From: Escherichia phage DK-13
Sequence record: MT611523.1
Direction: 5' to 3' (one strand)
DNA: 64,000 nucleotides
Made by a program: the position numbers and the translations under genes. Each line of letters begins with the position of its first letter. The stretch's first letter is position 1. The notes under the pieces are model-generated. The model made no database searches. It was given only the letters and a program-made list of their open reading frames with translations, and had not been told where the DNA came from. Below, piece by piece: positions 8,943 through 17,979 of the stretch.

Positions 8943-11003
8943 CTACGAAAGGAATTTAGGAGGAATAGCTTCCAAATTAATACAACTAGCAAGAATACCA
9001 AGACCTTGATTGACTTTCTTCGTTACCCCAGAGGATGCAAACGATGCAAAGTCAACAGATTCTACTGGCTCTTCTGTTTCCTCGCCCTGATAAACGACAA
9101 GCTCACCAGTTTCCATCAACACATCACCATCATAGATAACTGCATTTTCATCCAGTTGGTCCGTAGTCTGGATATCAGCTTCCAGCATTTTGACGTTCGC
9201 GTTTCCTTGATACGAAGCATCAGTAATTTTGGTAATCTTAACTACAGTCCCACGAGGAAGAATAACTTCCTGCTCGGATGGGTTGCCTGACAATTCCCCA
9301 GGAACAATTACGTTAATTAAGTCCGCTCCAGAAATTTTCCAACCAACATGCATCATTACGTGTTCGCGGCGTGCTTCCGGCATATCTGGTAAAACAATTT
9401 CGTCATCAGCCTGGAAAGATGTCCCATCACGATAGTCCTGATGAACTGCAGCCATAGCAACGTTCGCCACCCAGCCACCAAAGATAATCGGTTTAAACGA
9501 CGTTGATACATAGTTCCTGAAATAAAATAATTTAGATTTCTTAATTTTATCAAATGTAGGAACGTTTAAATATTGACCACGCCAAAGAGTTGTATTAGGT
9601 GGCAACTTATGTCCAATTTCAAAGGCCGAATCCAATTCCTTAATTGTTTCGACAACTCTGTCTAGATTTAGGAATTCAGCTTCTTCTTCATAATATTTGC
9701 CCATCAAATAATTATTAATATCGGCATAGTTTGCTCCACAATAATCTGCAATTGCTTCTCGCTGACCATAATGGAAACGGTTGTCAGTATACCCTGCTGT
9801 GAAATTAAGAGTATTTTCTGATGCTTCTTCAGCAAAGTCTTTAACTGCAACACGAATGGCGCTTGTGTATTCTTTTTCCCAGAGCGAGGCTGCATAAGTG
9901 GCTGCATCCACGTTAGGAGGAGCATCATTCATTTTTCTTTCGATAAATGCGGCTTTGCGAAGGTTAAGAATCTCTGCACATGATTCGGCAAAAATCTGCA
10001 TCTGCTTCATACTACCAACTGGAGCACGTTTAAGTTCGCGATGCATACGGTTAAAAATTGGGTCAGAGTCTTCAACACGAATTTCTTCTTTCCAAACACC
10101 ATTTGCTCGCATAGCCGTATCTGCTGCGCGCATACGAGCCATAGTATTCGTTTCGGAAGGTCGAACAAAAATTTCCAGTTCTTCATAATCATCGATAAGT
10201 TCTGCCGTAGCCGGTCGGCTAAACTTAGCAGCTTCTGCATCGATTTCGTCCCAACCTTCTGGCACGGAATCACTTGGAGCGTACTGGGCTTGTGCAATAG
10301 CTCGGCGACTGATTTTAGTTTTCTGGGCAACAGCAGCATCGGTCTTTTTGTTTGCTGCGTCAATCAGAATCTCGGCTGCAATTTCTTGTTTGGATACTTG
10401 TGCACCATTATCTTTATTGGTGAATACATCACCAACTTTAGTTTCGACTTTTTTATATTTCTCAGGGACTGGTGGCATACCATCGACTGAAAGCAGGTCA
10501 ACACCCCTTTTGTACATAATTACATAAGCGTTCTTTTTACCAATGCCAGAAGCATTCGGAAGAACATGATAACGTCCGCTGGTTTTCATTTGAATCAGTC
10601 GATTCATAATACGAATAATAGCTTGGTCTTGTCCTTTCATCTTTTTGGATGGGAAACGGAACAAGACTACATCAGGTTTGCCTAGTTTAATGCTTTCCCA
10701 GACTGTAGTAAAAATCAAGTTAATTGCATCAAGAGGTTTTTCACCTAAACCACCCTTCAGAGGAACAGCATGACCGTGTGAAGTTCCGGATAACAGGAAT
10801 ACCTCGGCAATTGCATCGCCGCGTTTATATTGTTTAACTGTTTCTTTGCCCGTGAATTGCATCAAACGGGCCATAAGAGAATTGGTCCCAGGAACACCGA
10901 ATTGCCAAACCTGTGGGACCTTGTATTTTGGATTCATATTAATGACAGGATAACCGAAGGTTTCGATATATTTGTCAAAGAGTTCATTTAATTGTTCAGA
11001 CAT
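8943..11003 (-). CDS. alt: Alt-like ADP-ribosyltransferase (packaged, modifies host RNA polymerase)
   Basis: 686 aa (T4 Alt about 682), directly downstream of DNA ligase, own late promoter; identity by synteny/size. Confidence 0.75.
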   Translation of the reverse strand: MSEQLNELFDKYIETFGYPVINMNPKYKVPQVWQFGVPGTNSLMARLMQFTGKETVKQYKRGDAIAEVFLLSGTSHGHAVPLKGGLGEKPLDAINLIFTTVWESIKLGKPDVVLFRFPSKKMKGQDQAIIRIMNRLIQMKTSGRYHVLPNASGIGKKNAYVIMYKRGVDLLSVDGMPPVPEKYKKVETKVGDVFTNKDNGAQVSKQEIAAEILIDAANKKTDAAVAQKTKISRRAIAQAQYAPSDSVPEGWDEIDAEAAKFSRPATAELIDDYEELEIFVRPSETNTMARMRAADTAMRANGVWKEEIRVEDSDPIFNRMHRELKRAPVGSMKQMQIFAESCAEILNLRKAAFIERKMNDAPPNVDAATYAASLWEKEYTSAIRVAVKDFAEEASENTLNFTAGYTDNRFHYGQREAIADYCGANYADINNYLMGKYYEEEAEFLNLDRVVETIKELDSAFEIGHKLPPNTTLWRGQYLNVPTFDKIKKSKLFYFRNYVSTSFKPIIFGGWVANVAMAAVHQDYRDGTSFQADDEIVLPDMPEARREHVMMHVGWKISGADLINVIVPGELSGNPSEQEVILPRGTVVKITKITDASYQGNANVKMLEADIQTTDQLDENAVIYDGDVLMETGELVVYQGEETEEPVESVDFASFASSGVTKKVNQGLGILASCINLEAIPPKFLS

Positions 11004-11028
11004 AATAGGTTCCTTATAAAATATGATG

Positions 11029-11036
11029 TATTTATA
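11029..11036 (-). promoter_or_regulatory. late promoter (TATAAATA) for alt
   Basis: - strand AGTATAAATACATC about 25 nt upstream of alt ATG, immediately after ligase terminator. Confidence 0.55.
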
Positions 11037-11040
11037 CTAA

Positions 11041-11060
11041 AAAAGGGCCGAAGCCCTTTT
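11041..11060 (-). terminator. rho-independent terminator after gene 30
   Basis: - strand AAAAGGGCTTCGGCCCTTTTTT right after ligase stop. Confidence 0.65.
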
Positions 11061-11061
11061 G

Positions 11062-12594
11062 TTATTTTAATCCAGTCTTTGACCAGTCGCCAAATACATC
11101 TTCGAATGTGTCTGCATGGTCTTTATCAAAACGGAACCCTTTAATAATCGGCAGGAACAATGCAACCGTATTATCTTTACGAGTCTCGGAAGTCAACCAA
11201 CCATTACATTCACAGTCGGCAATCATTCCAACCAATTCACCTTTACGTGCTTTAACCATCAAGGCTTCACGGTCCATTTCATGACGCTCCTCAATCGGAA
11301 TAGTAACCCATTTTTTGGTTTTCTTATCTTTGACTTGAGTTGTGTCTTTAAAACCAGAACCACAGTTATTCGTAATCTTACCACAAGAAGAACGAAGCAC
11401 CACACCGCCAATCTTATTCGGGTCTTTATCGTGCTCGTAATATCCAATGATTTCCATTGCAATGTCAATTACTTCTTTGAACTTATACAGGTTCTTTGAG
11501 CGCTTGTTTTCCCAAATCGATGCCATGTTTTTAAGGATAATACCTTCAAGGCCTTCATCTACATATTTCTTATAGATAACCTTCGCTTCATCGAGATTGT
11601 TAACAACATGGTTTTCAATCAGAATCATGCGGTCGAAACCATGTAGCACCACGTTATCTGCAATCATCTTTTCCAGAACAGCAAAACGCACATCATATTT
11701 CAGCGGATTGAGAATCTTAACATCAGAATAGACTTCAATCAGTGGAACATAATCCCAAACCTGGAATTTCATACAAGAAGCTTCTGCTGCAGAAATAGTT
11801 CCTTTCAATGATTTGTTTGCCAGACCATTTGAAAAGGTTCTTGATTCAGCAGTTTCTTTTGCAGGAGCAATCTCATCTGAATCGTCAAAAAGGAAGCCCA
11901 AACCGTCATTCTGGGGAGCTATTTTCTGTTCGTGATATACTAACTCGCCATCAATTAAAACGCCCTCAGGATGTCTCTCACGCGCTTCACGGGTGGCTTC
12001 AATCAATTCCTTCTTAAGGAGGTCAAGCTTGAGGTATTCGTTACCAGCTCGGGATAACAATCGAACATCATCCAACTCATCGCCACGAACTTCTGCAAAA
12101 CATCGGGCGCCGTCGGCTTTCAATTGTGCAAAGGCCGGGAACTTAATGTTCTTAGCAATGCCAGCTTCATCATAAGAAGAAGCGAGCATCTGCTGTTGTT
12201 CAGGAATTAAACCTTTCCAAACCTTATTCGCAATTGATACAGACGCACCACATTCCAGGTCACGCATCATCACGCGGCGCAAGACTTCAACATCTGCTTT
12301 TTTACCATCTGCAATATAGCCAGATAATTCCTCGATTGCAGCATTACCTGTTAATTTGCGCGCGGCTAATGTGAATTCTATAAAGTCAAGCATATCATCA
12401 ATATTCAACATGCCAAAGCTTTGAGACGTTGTACCAGGTTTAGGCCATTTCTTTATATAGAACTGGATGCCTTTGGAATATGTCAAACGATACACACGTT
12501 TGAGGGTTTCATTGTCAGAATACGATTCCAGAATAGCTTGTTTCTCTTTAGTGGAATCGGTTGCAGCAATTTCATTTAAAATATCTAAAATCAT
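11062..12594 (-). CDS. 30: ATP-dependent DNA ligase
   Basis: Near-identical to remembered T4 ligase over long stretches (ILNEIA..STK.KQAILE, KRVYRLTYS, IKKWPKPG, AFAQLKADGARCFAEVRGDELDDVRLLSRAGNEY, EGVLIDGELVYHEQ); start at third ATG of MIMILDIL. Confidence 0.95.
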   Translation of the reverse strand: MILDILNEIAATDSTKEKQAILESYSDNETLKRVYRLTYSKGIQFYIKKWPKPGTTSQSFGMLNIDDMLDFIEFTLAARKLTGNAAIEELSGYIADGKKADVEVLRRVMMRDLECGASVSIANKVWKGLIPEQQQMLASSYDEAGIAKNIKFPAFAQLKADGARCFAEVRGDELDDVRLLSRAGNEYLKLDLLKKELIEATREARERHPEGVLIDGELVYHEQKIAPQNDGLGFLFDDSDEIAPAKETAESRTFSNGLANKSLKGTISAAEASCMKFQVWDYVPLIEVYSDVKILNPLKYDVRFAVLEKMIADNVVLHGFDRMILIENHVVNNLDEAKVIYKKYVDEGLEGIILKNMASIWENKRSKNLYKFKEVIDIAMEIIGYYEHDKDPNKIGGVVLRSSCGKITNNCGSGFKDTTQVKDKKTKKWVTIPIEERHEMDREALMVKARKGELVGMIADCECNGWLTSETRKDNTVALFLPIIKGFRFDKDHADTFEDVFGDWSKTGLK

Positions 12595-12603
12595 AATCAC
12601 CTC

Positions 12604-12885
12604 TTAGTCGTTGGCTCTATTATATGCCACATCTTCCAAAAGCAAATCCAGACGCTTATGATAAGTGAACACAAATTTAGTCGCCCCATCCGGTTTCATT
12701 TTAGTCAGGAAGTGAACATAGATAAATCCTTGCTCAACACATTCCCGCCAGATTGGGTTATCCTTGGCCGGATTAATATCAAACGAGTAATTATGATTCA
12801 CATGACGAATAAACTGGTTAACATGACCGTAATCCATCGTGGTGGTTGGGCCACGGTCTGAAATAGTATGAACGACAAACATCAA
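12604..12885 (-). CDS. hypothetical protein
   Basis: 93-aa ORF, ATGA overlap with upstream gene stop. Confidence 0.5.
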   Translation of the reverse strand: MMFVVHTISDRGPTTTMDYGHVNQFIRHVNHNYSFDINPAKDNPIWRECVEQGFIYVHFLTKMKPDGATKFVFTYHKRLDLLLEDVAYNRAND

Positions 12886-13706
12886 TTACCCCCTTGTCCG
12901 CCGGTCGGTTGATTGTACCAATATTCAATGCCAGTACCTACACGCTGGCCATATTGATATGGATATGCTGGATTATATCCAGGAGTCCACGGTTGACCAG
13001 GCTGCCAGCCTTGTTGCATTTGTTGTTGAAGACGGCGAGTTTCACGAAACAGCTCATCCAGTTTACGGAGTTCATCTGGGGTGAATTCTGGTTTGACCGG
13101 TTCATCTTTGTGTTTCAGTTTAAGCTGTCCAGCAACATCGTCCCAGTTAAAAACTTTGGAAGCCGTCTTAGGAATAGCATCACGTTCGCCACGGGCCATC
13201 CAATAAACCGGGACTTCAAGGATTTCACTCGCATGGTCGCAATGGTGTGCAAGGTCATCAATATAACAAATGACATTATATTTGGTCTTCGCTTTCTGGA
13301 ATAACTCTTCTTTAGAGGCTGTATGGCCACACATCATCACTTCTTTAAATGCGCCAGGGAACAAAGCATTCAGGTTGAATTGACGATTCAGACGGGCATC
13401 AATGGAATCACCCAGAGCTGTAACGGCCACAAAATCATATTGCTCTTTGAGGTTATTAATAACCCTTAGCGCATCTGTGTAAGGAGACAAATAGCGAATA
13501 AAATCTGAACAGTTATATTTCTCAATCAACTGTGCTCCCAACTCTTCATCACAATTGAACAGTTTACCAGGGGTCACAAATTTTTCATCCTGAATCATCT
13601 TAAGGATATGTTCCAGGGGTAAATTATATTTTTGGGCGAAATAAGGCAAGCCAGACTGCCATGACAAACATACGCCATCAATATCTGTTAAAATAACGGG
13701 TTTCAT
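12882..13706 (-). CDS. HAD-superfamily phosphatase/nucleotidase-like protein with Q/G/P/Y-rich C-terminal tail
   Basis: N-terminal HAD motif I ILTDIDGV; C-terminal QQQMQQGWQPGQPWTPGYNPAYPYQYGQ...GGQGGN low-complexity tail. Confidence 0.55.
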   Translation of the reverse strand: MKPVILTDIDGVCLSWQSGLPYFAQKYNLPLEHILKMIQDEKFVTPGKLFNCDEELGAQLIEKYNCSDFIRYLSPYTDALRVINNLKEQYDFVAVTALGDSIDARLNRQFNLNALFPGAFKEVMMCGHTASKEELFQKAKTKYNVICYIDDLAHHCDHASEILEVPVYWMARGERDAIPKTASKVFNWDDVAGQLKLKHKDEPVKPEFTPDELRKLDELFRETRRLQQQMQQGWQPGQPWTPGYNPAYPYQYGQRVGTGIEYWYNQPTGGQGGN

Positions 13707-14170
13707 AATGCATCTCTCAATTGGTTAAGTATGTCAATAAATTCTTGTTCAGTCAATATTGTATCATGAACAGTAAGGTGGCTCGCCATCGAATGCTTTA
13801 AAACTTTGCCCTTTGTAGCTTGTAATGCGTCGCGGAACCCTTTGTTTTGGAGCGCTGCTTCAAAATAAACATTTGTATACAACTCTTTCCATGATGCAGA
13901 GTATCTTGAAAAGGGAATTCCAAGCCAGAAAAGCGTCCCACGGTCCGCAGCTCTTGCATAAGCTCTTCCACTTTGCTGGGCGGCCAATCCGGACATCCCA
14001 AATATACGTTTTTGTTGTTCATGATTTCTCACCTTACACCCTTGTAGGAAGCCTTCAAGACCTCCAAACTGGATGCCATCCATAACAAAAGGCCATTTAG
14101 CAAAGTTACTTAATGCACATGATGGCCATGGGAAATTGCTTCTGATTTCTAACTCAGACATCTTTGACAC
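13703..14170 (-). CDS. NADAR-like (YbiA/DUF1768-type) domain protein
   Basis: 155 aa; LSNFAKWPFVMDGIQFGGLEGFLQGCKV resembles the NADAR signature (SNF..PF..DG..F.S.E...Q..K); motif-level only. Confidence 0.5.
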   Translation of the reverse strand: MSKMSELEIRSNFPWPSCALSNFAKWPFVMDGIQFGGLEGFLQGCKVRNHEQQKRIFGMSGLAAQQSGRAYARAADRGTLFWLGIPFSRYSASWKELYTNVYFEAALQNKGFRDALQATKGKVLKHSMASHLTVHDTILTEQEFIDILNQLRDAL

Positions 14171-14366
14171 TTACTACATCAACGTTTGCCCAATGACCAT
14201 AACCAGGTAGACGGTCTTTAATAGATAATCCACCGTCAGATTTCAGCATTTTAATTGTTTTAGTATATGGTTCAATATTTCGGGCCCATGGACTCACGTC
14301 TGTTACGCGATAAGTAACTTCAACCATTTCTGTGCCCAAAATTTTCTGAATCAGTTTCTTAAACAT
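14154..14366 (-). CDS. hypothetical protein
   Basis: 70-aa ORF in operon-like tight packing. Confidence 0.45.
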   Translation of the reverse strand: MFKKLIQKILGTEMVEVTYRVTDVSPWARNIEPYTKTIKMLKSDGGLSIKDRLPGYGHWANVDVVSVKDV

Positions 14367-14367
14367 A

Positions 14368-14562
14368 TTATCCTCGCCTTAAACATTTGATTACAGACAG
14401 TTCACCGCTCATGCGAACGTCTTCAGTTCCGTCAACCCACAAGACTGCATATGCTTCTTTAATTTGGGTATTGTCTAATTTAAACGCAGGCAGGACCTTT
14501 GAAATCATTCCAGGAATACCCACACCTTTTAACTGAACTGTTTGTGATAAGAATAGTTGCAT
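14368..14562 (-). CDS. hypothetical protein
   Basis: 64-aa ORF. Confidence 0.45.
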   Translation of the reverse strand: MQLFLSQTVQLKGVGIPGMISKVLPAFKLDNTQIKEAYAVLWVDGTEDVRMSGELSVIKCLRRG

Positions 14563-14849
14563 TAGAACCTCATCTGAAAGCCGTGCGATTTAACATTGCC
14601 ACCATAGATGTCAGACGTATTAACTTCACGTGCAGCGCTCGGGTCGATATTGATATCATGGTTGAGCTTAGTGATTGCTAGGGTATCACGACCGTTAACA
14701 GTACGGAATTCTACCGGGCAAACTATATCCGCATAGTTTTTAATGGATTCTTTAGTTGGTTGCTTATCAGCAGGTACACCTGGACCAGCTTTAGAGAAAA
14801 CAACTTCACAGAAATTTTTACGTGTATCAAAGTAAGTAGTCATAAACAT
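14562..14849 (-). CDS. hypothetical protein
   Basis: Start moved to ATG after TTGAGGAAAATACT SD (MFMTTYFDTRK...); GNRA-loop hairpin GGGGCGAAAGCCCC just 5' of the SD. Confidence 0.5.
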   Translation of the reverse strand: MFMTTYFDTRKNFCEVVFSKAGPGVPADKQPTKESIKNYADIVCPVEFRTVNGRDTLAITKLNHDINIDPSAAREVNTSDIYGGNVKSHGFQMRF

Positions 14850-14947
14850 AGTATTTTCCTCAAGGGGCTTTCGCCCCATTTAAGATTAGATATCAAATTC
14901 ATTAAGAACTACATCAAAGATTGCTTCCAGGTGTTCAGTATGGAATC

Positions 14948-14977
14948 ATTATGCACTGGACAACCCCTGTTGTAAAC
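14948..14977 (-). promoter_or_regulatory. early promoter (GTTTACA, 17-nt spacer, CATAAT) directly downstream of terminator
   Basis: - strand GGGTTTACAACAGGGGTTGTCCAGTGCATAATGATTCCATACTGA; shares the 3' half CATAATGATTCCATACTGA with copies at 50092 and 53991. Confidence 0.5.
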
Positions 14978-14984
14978 CCTTTAT

Positions 14985-15016
14985 GGAAAATAAAAAAGGG
15001 ACTCCGAAGAGTCCCT
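14985..15016 (-). terminator. rho-independent terminator
   Basis: - strand GGGACTCTTCGGAGTCCC then TTTTTTATTTT, right after stop of the 15021..15182 ORF. Confidence 0.7.
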
Positions 15017-15020
15017 GAAC

Positions 15021-15182
15021 TTATGCTTTCGGCTTACCAAAGCAAGCTGCATCGGCACGCAATACCGCACGAGCACGAGCCTGAAGTTTATCAGTTACCT
15101 GATTGATTCGCTTGTTGGACGCACGCTTGTAACCAGCGCGTTTGGAGGAGCCATCAACAACTTTAACTTCTTTCTTAGCCAT
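15021..15182 (-). CDS. small basic protein (53 aa), not in ORF track
   Basis: ATG..TAA ORF MAKKEVKVVDGSSKRAGYKRASNKRINQVTDKLQARARAVLR...; weak SD; followed by terminator. Confidence 0.35.
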   Translation of the reverse strand: MAKKEVKVVDGSSKRAGYKRASNKRINQVTDKLQARARAVLRADAACFGKPKA

Positions 15183-15479
15183 ATTAAATTCTCTTTAAAA
15201 ATAGAATGCAGGACTTATTGACATTGCCTGCGCAAGCCCTCGAAGGGAACATTAGGTTTCGGATATTTAACGACAGGATAACCATAAACCTCGTCATCAT
15301 ACCAACCACGACTTAGACAGATAACCTTTTTCTGACGCGTGATAGTACAAAATACATTCAAGAGGTACACCATAAAACTGTCGGGGTCTTAAAACTATAA
15401 CGATTCGCAAATCATTAATCAGACAGTTCGATGGCTCCTCGATTTTCTAGCCGCACTAAGGTAGCGAATCACCTAAAAC

Positions 15480-15734
15480 TTACTTCAGGGTTACGACAAA
15501 ATGACGAACAGCTTTACGGGCAGCAGATGCCAGCGGCTTAGCAAATTTCAGTTCATCTTTTGCTTCGAGCACTGCGCGAAGGTCGGTTTGAATCGGGTTA
15601 AGATGTTTGAAATACTGCAGAATTTCCAGTGCTTCGGCTTCAACATCAATAGATGCGCCGTAGTTTTCGTGACCGTTATTCCATGCAGTGCGTTGCAGTT
15701 CAAGAGCGTGTTGTAATTGTTTGTTTAAAGACAT
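15480..15734 (-). CDS. probable rIII-position lysis-inhibition accessory protein (84 aa)
   Basis: Start moved to ATG with GAGG SD (MSLNKQLQ...); lies between gene 31 and the gene-30 cluster where T4 rIII maps; size close to T4 rIII; sequence not independently recognised. Confidence 0.45.
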   Translation of the reverse strand: MSLNKQLQHALELQRTAWNNGHENYGASIDVEAEALEILQYFKHLNPIQTDLRAVLEAKDELKFAKPLASAARKAVRHFVVTLK

Positions 15735-15905
15735 TTTAGAAGCCTCAATATGAGGTGAATATTTGGTGGACACGTTCTTCTGAATTTCACTTCCTTTCGG
15801 CAAGTCTCTCAGTTGTAGTCCACCGTTTAGGATTAGCTAACCCCATACACCAGCAAAGCTCTGTATGACATCAACCAATCCATATTATTATTTATAACGC
15901 TAATT

Positions 15906-16229
15906 TTACTTATAAAGACAAGGAACAGCTTTATAATGACAGGTCACAAATTTCTGCTTAACTTCTTTAGCCTGCTTAAGTCCCAGAGCAACCAGAGGAT
16001 GTGGAACGTTTGCAATCTTGCCAACCGGAAGAGGAGTCAAATCACCTACTTCACAGAAACCTTCAGGAACATCTGGACCAACCGAAAATACTTCACACAT
16101 CTCCGGGATTTCACCCTGATGAAGTTTTCCGATAACGATACCTGATGCCGTAGTTTCTTCATCACCAGCTTGCTTTGGCTCAGAAACCAAAATAATATAT
16201 TCACCTACTGCTTTAATTGGTAATTCCAT
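15906..16229 (-). CDS. 31: co-chaperonin gp31 (GroES functional analogue)
   Basis: Strong match to remembered T4 gp31 ([82 protein letters not shown]); start moved to second ATG (16229) because the first ATG abuts the promoter -10. Confidence 0.9.
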   Translation of the reverse strand: MELPIKAVGEYIILVSEPKQAGDEETTASGIVIGKLHQGEIPEMCEVFSVGPDVPEGFCEVGDLTPLPVGKIANVPHPLVALGLKQAKEVKQKFVTCHYKAVPCLYK

Positions 16230-16259
16230 ATTTAATCCATGTTGTTTGGTCATGTATTA

Positions 16260-16286
16260 ATAATAACACGCACCGTTTGAAGCATT
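16260..16286 (-). promoter_or_regulatory. MotA-dependent middle promoter upstream of gene 31
   Basis: - strand TTAATGCTTCAA (MotA-box-like), 12-nt spacer, TATTAT. Confidence 0.5.
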
Positions 16287-16584
16287 AAAGGACAAGCAGT
16301 GTCTCGGTCTGCAGTCCATTCACGGAAATCAATTTATTGAAACAGAATGAACGCCATTCATTAAGCTTGGTATCAAATACCCGGATATAGCTAACTGGTT
16401 CTTTATGAGCTTCTGGTCCAGGGGCCTGGATTTCTTTATACGGTAGCAGGTCCAGGTCGCGAGTACAAGTCATACGACGAACGCTGCCATCTGCTTTTTC
16501 AAACAGAACTTCATGAAAGCCAACAGACAAGATAGTCTTGACTTTTTCACGAAGACGAATTGTTTCTTGTTCAGTTAAAATCAT
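16285..16584 (-). CDS. hypothetical protein
   Basis: 99-aa ORF. Confidence 0.5.
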   Translation of the reverse strand: MILTEQETIRLREKVKTILSVGFHEVLFEKADGSVRRMTCTRDLDLLPYKEIQAPGPEAHKEPVSYIRVFDTKLNEWRSFCFNKLISVNGLQTETLLVL

Positions 16585-16586
16585 AA

Positions 16587-16820
16587 TTATTCCAAAACAG
16601 TTTTAATAGTGGTTGCATTACGCTCTTTTAGAGCACGCAATAGATGGTGACAATTTTCAAGAATAGGCACCGTTTTATAGTTCGTTTCGGCGCGAACCCA
16701 CTCGGATTTATAGTACGATTTCCAGCGAGAGAAAAAGTACTTTTTGTATTCTACTGAATAGGCTACTAAGCTTTCGCCTTTTGAGTTTAGCCCTGAAAAT
16801 TTAACTAGACGAAATTTCAT
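16587..16820 (-). CDS. hypothetical protein
   Basis: 77-aa ORF. Confidence 0.5.
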   Translation of the reverse strand: MKFRLVKFSGLNSKGESLVAYSVEYKKYFFSRWKSYYKSEWVRAETNYKTVPILENCHHLLRALKERNATTIKTVLE

Positions 16821-17401
16821 TATTCACCACAAAATTCGTTAATGTTTTCCCAGTTCAATTTGTCTAGACTACGCTTAGGCACATTGAACACCTCAATTCC
16901 TGCATTCTTCAGGATATCATCCCAACCAGGAATATTCTTATCATACGTTTCACAGTAAACCAATTTCTTGATTCCTGATTGAGAAATTGCCTTTGCACAA
17001 TCAGGGCAAGGAGAAAGCGTCACATACATAGTAGCGCCTTCAATTGACGAACCCATTCTGGCTGCGAACAGAATTGCATTAAGCTCGGCATGAATTTCGT
17101 TGTTCTTTGACCAGGCCGAATGAGCTTCGCGATGAGCTTTCGCCAATACAAAACGGTCAACCTTACTGAATCTCACACATTCTGGCTTGTGACCAGGGAC
17201 GAGAACAGGTTTAGGTTTATTCAGTAACCAACCTTGCTCTTCCGCATGCTCGCAACAGTTGACCCCACCTGCAGGGGAACCATTATACCCTGTAGAAATA
17301 ATGCGGCCATTCTTTTCAATAACAGCTCCCACTTTCCAGGAGCAACATTTGGATTCTTGAGATACAAGGTATGCGATTTGCAGAACAGTAGTTGGTTTCA
17401 T
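16820..17401 (-). CDS. cd: dCMP deaminase
   Basis: 193 aa; cytidine/deoxycytidylate deaminase zinc motifs H(A)E...PCPDCAKAI; size equals T4 Cd. Confidence 0.9.
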   Translation of the reverse strand: MKPTTVLQIAYLVSQESKCCSWKVGAVIEKNGRIISTGYNGSPAGGVNCCEHAEEQGWLLNKPKPVLVPGHKPECVRFSKVDRFVLAKAHREAHSAWSKNNEIHAELNAILFAARMGSSIEGATMYVTLSPCPDCAKAISQSGIKKLVYCETYDKNIPGWDDILKNAGIEVFNVPKRSLDKLNWENINEFCGE

Positions 17402-17737
17402 TTACATCACCACGAGATAATTGGTTTTAATAGTTTCAACACGATATAATTCATGTCGCAATTTAGTAATGCTCTTAACATGTGTTGTAATTATACTATC
17501 ACCATCGCTGAAGCGTTTTTTCTTATCGTCAAAAATCACCCCAAACATTCGCTCACCAATTTCTACAGGAGCTTCTGTGATAACAACCGCATCATAATTA
17601 CTTGGGTGAATACTTTTAAACAGAGCATCATTCGCAAGCGTTACTTTGATAAATGCAGTTGTTTCTGGGTCCAACTTACGATGGTCACCTAAATCATTTT
17701 TAAGTGATTCTTTGAAAATATCCATTAAATTCATCAT
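17402..17737 (-). CDS. hypothetical protein
   Basis: 111-aa ORF (cd.1 position). Confidence 0.5.
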   Translation of the reverse strand: MMNLMDIFKESLKNDLGDHRKLDPETTAFIKVTLANDALFKSIHPSNYDAVVITEAPVEIGERMFGVIFDDKKKRFSDGDSIITTHVKSITKLRHELYRVETIKTNYLVVM

Positions 17738-17979
17738 TGAATATACACTCGCTGCGCTTCAACCAGACCATCAGAACCCAATTTCAGTTGGGTCAACTGG
17801 TCACCACCTTTTAGAGTAATTTTCGGATTAATGACAATCATAAAACTGCGTGCAGATTCCTGAATAACTTGCAAAGTCGCAGCAGGGAATCGCTGTGATA
17901 CGCGGTTAATCATCTCTTGAGCAAATGCCTTCACTTTTTCGTGGAACTCTTCAACAGTAATTGGGGTTTCGCTAAGCAT
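17734..17979 (-). CDS. hypothetical protein
   Basis: 81-aa ORF, ATGA overlap. Confidence 0.5.
   Translation of the reverse strand: MLSETPITVEEFHEKVKAFAQEMINRVSQRFPAATLQVIQESARSFMIVINPKITLKGGDQLTQLKLGSDGLVEAQRVYIQ

Noticed and set aside
15107-15480. tRNA gene in the ORF-poor interval
   Set aside because: No cloverleaf-compatible sequence recognised by eye (no acceptor-stem pairing, no GTTC-type T-loop in correct register); left as an open item under findings.
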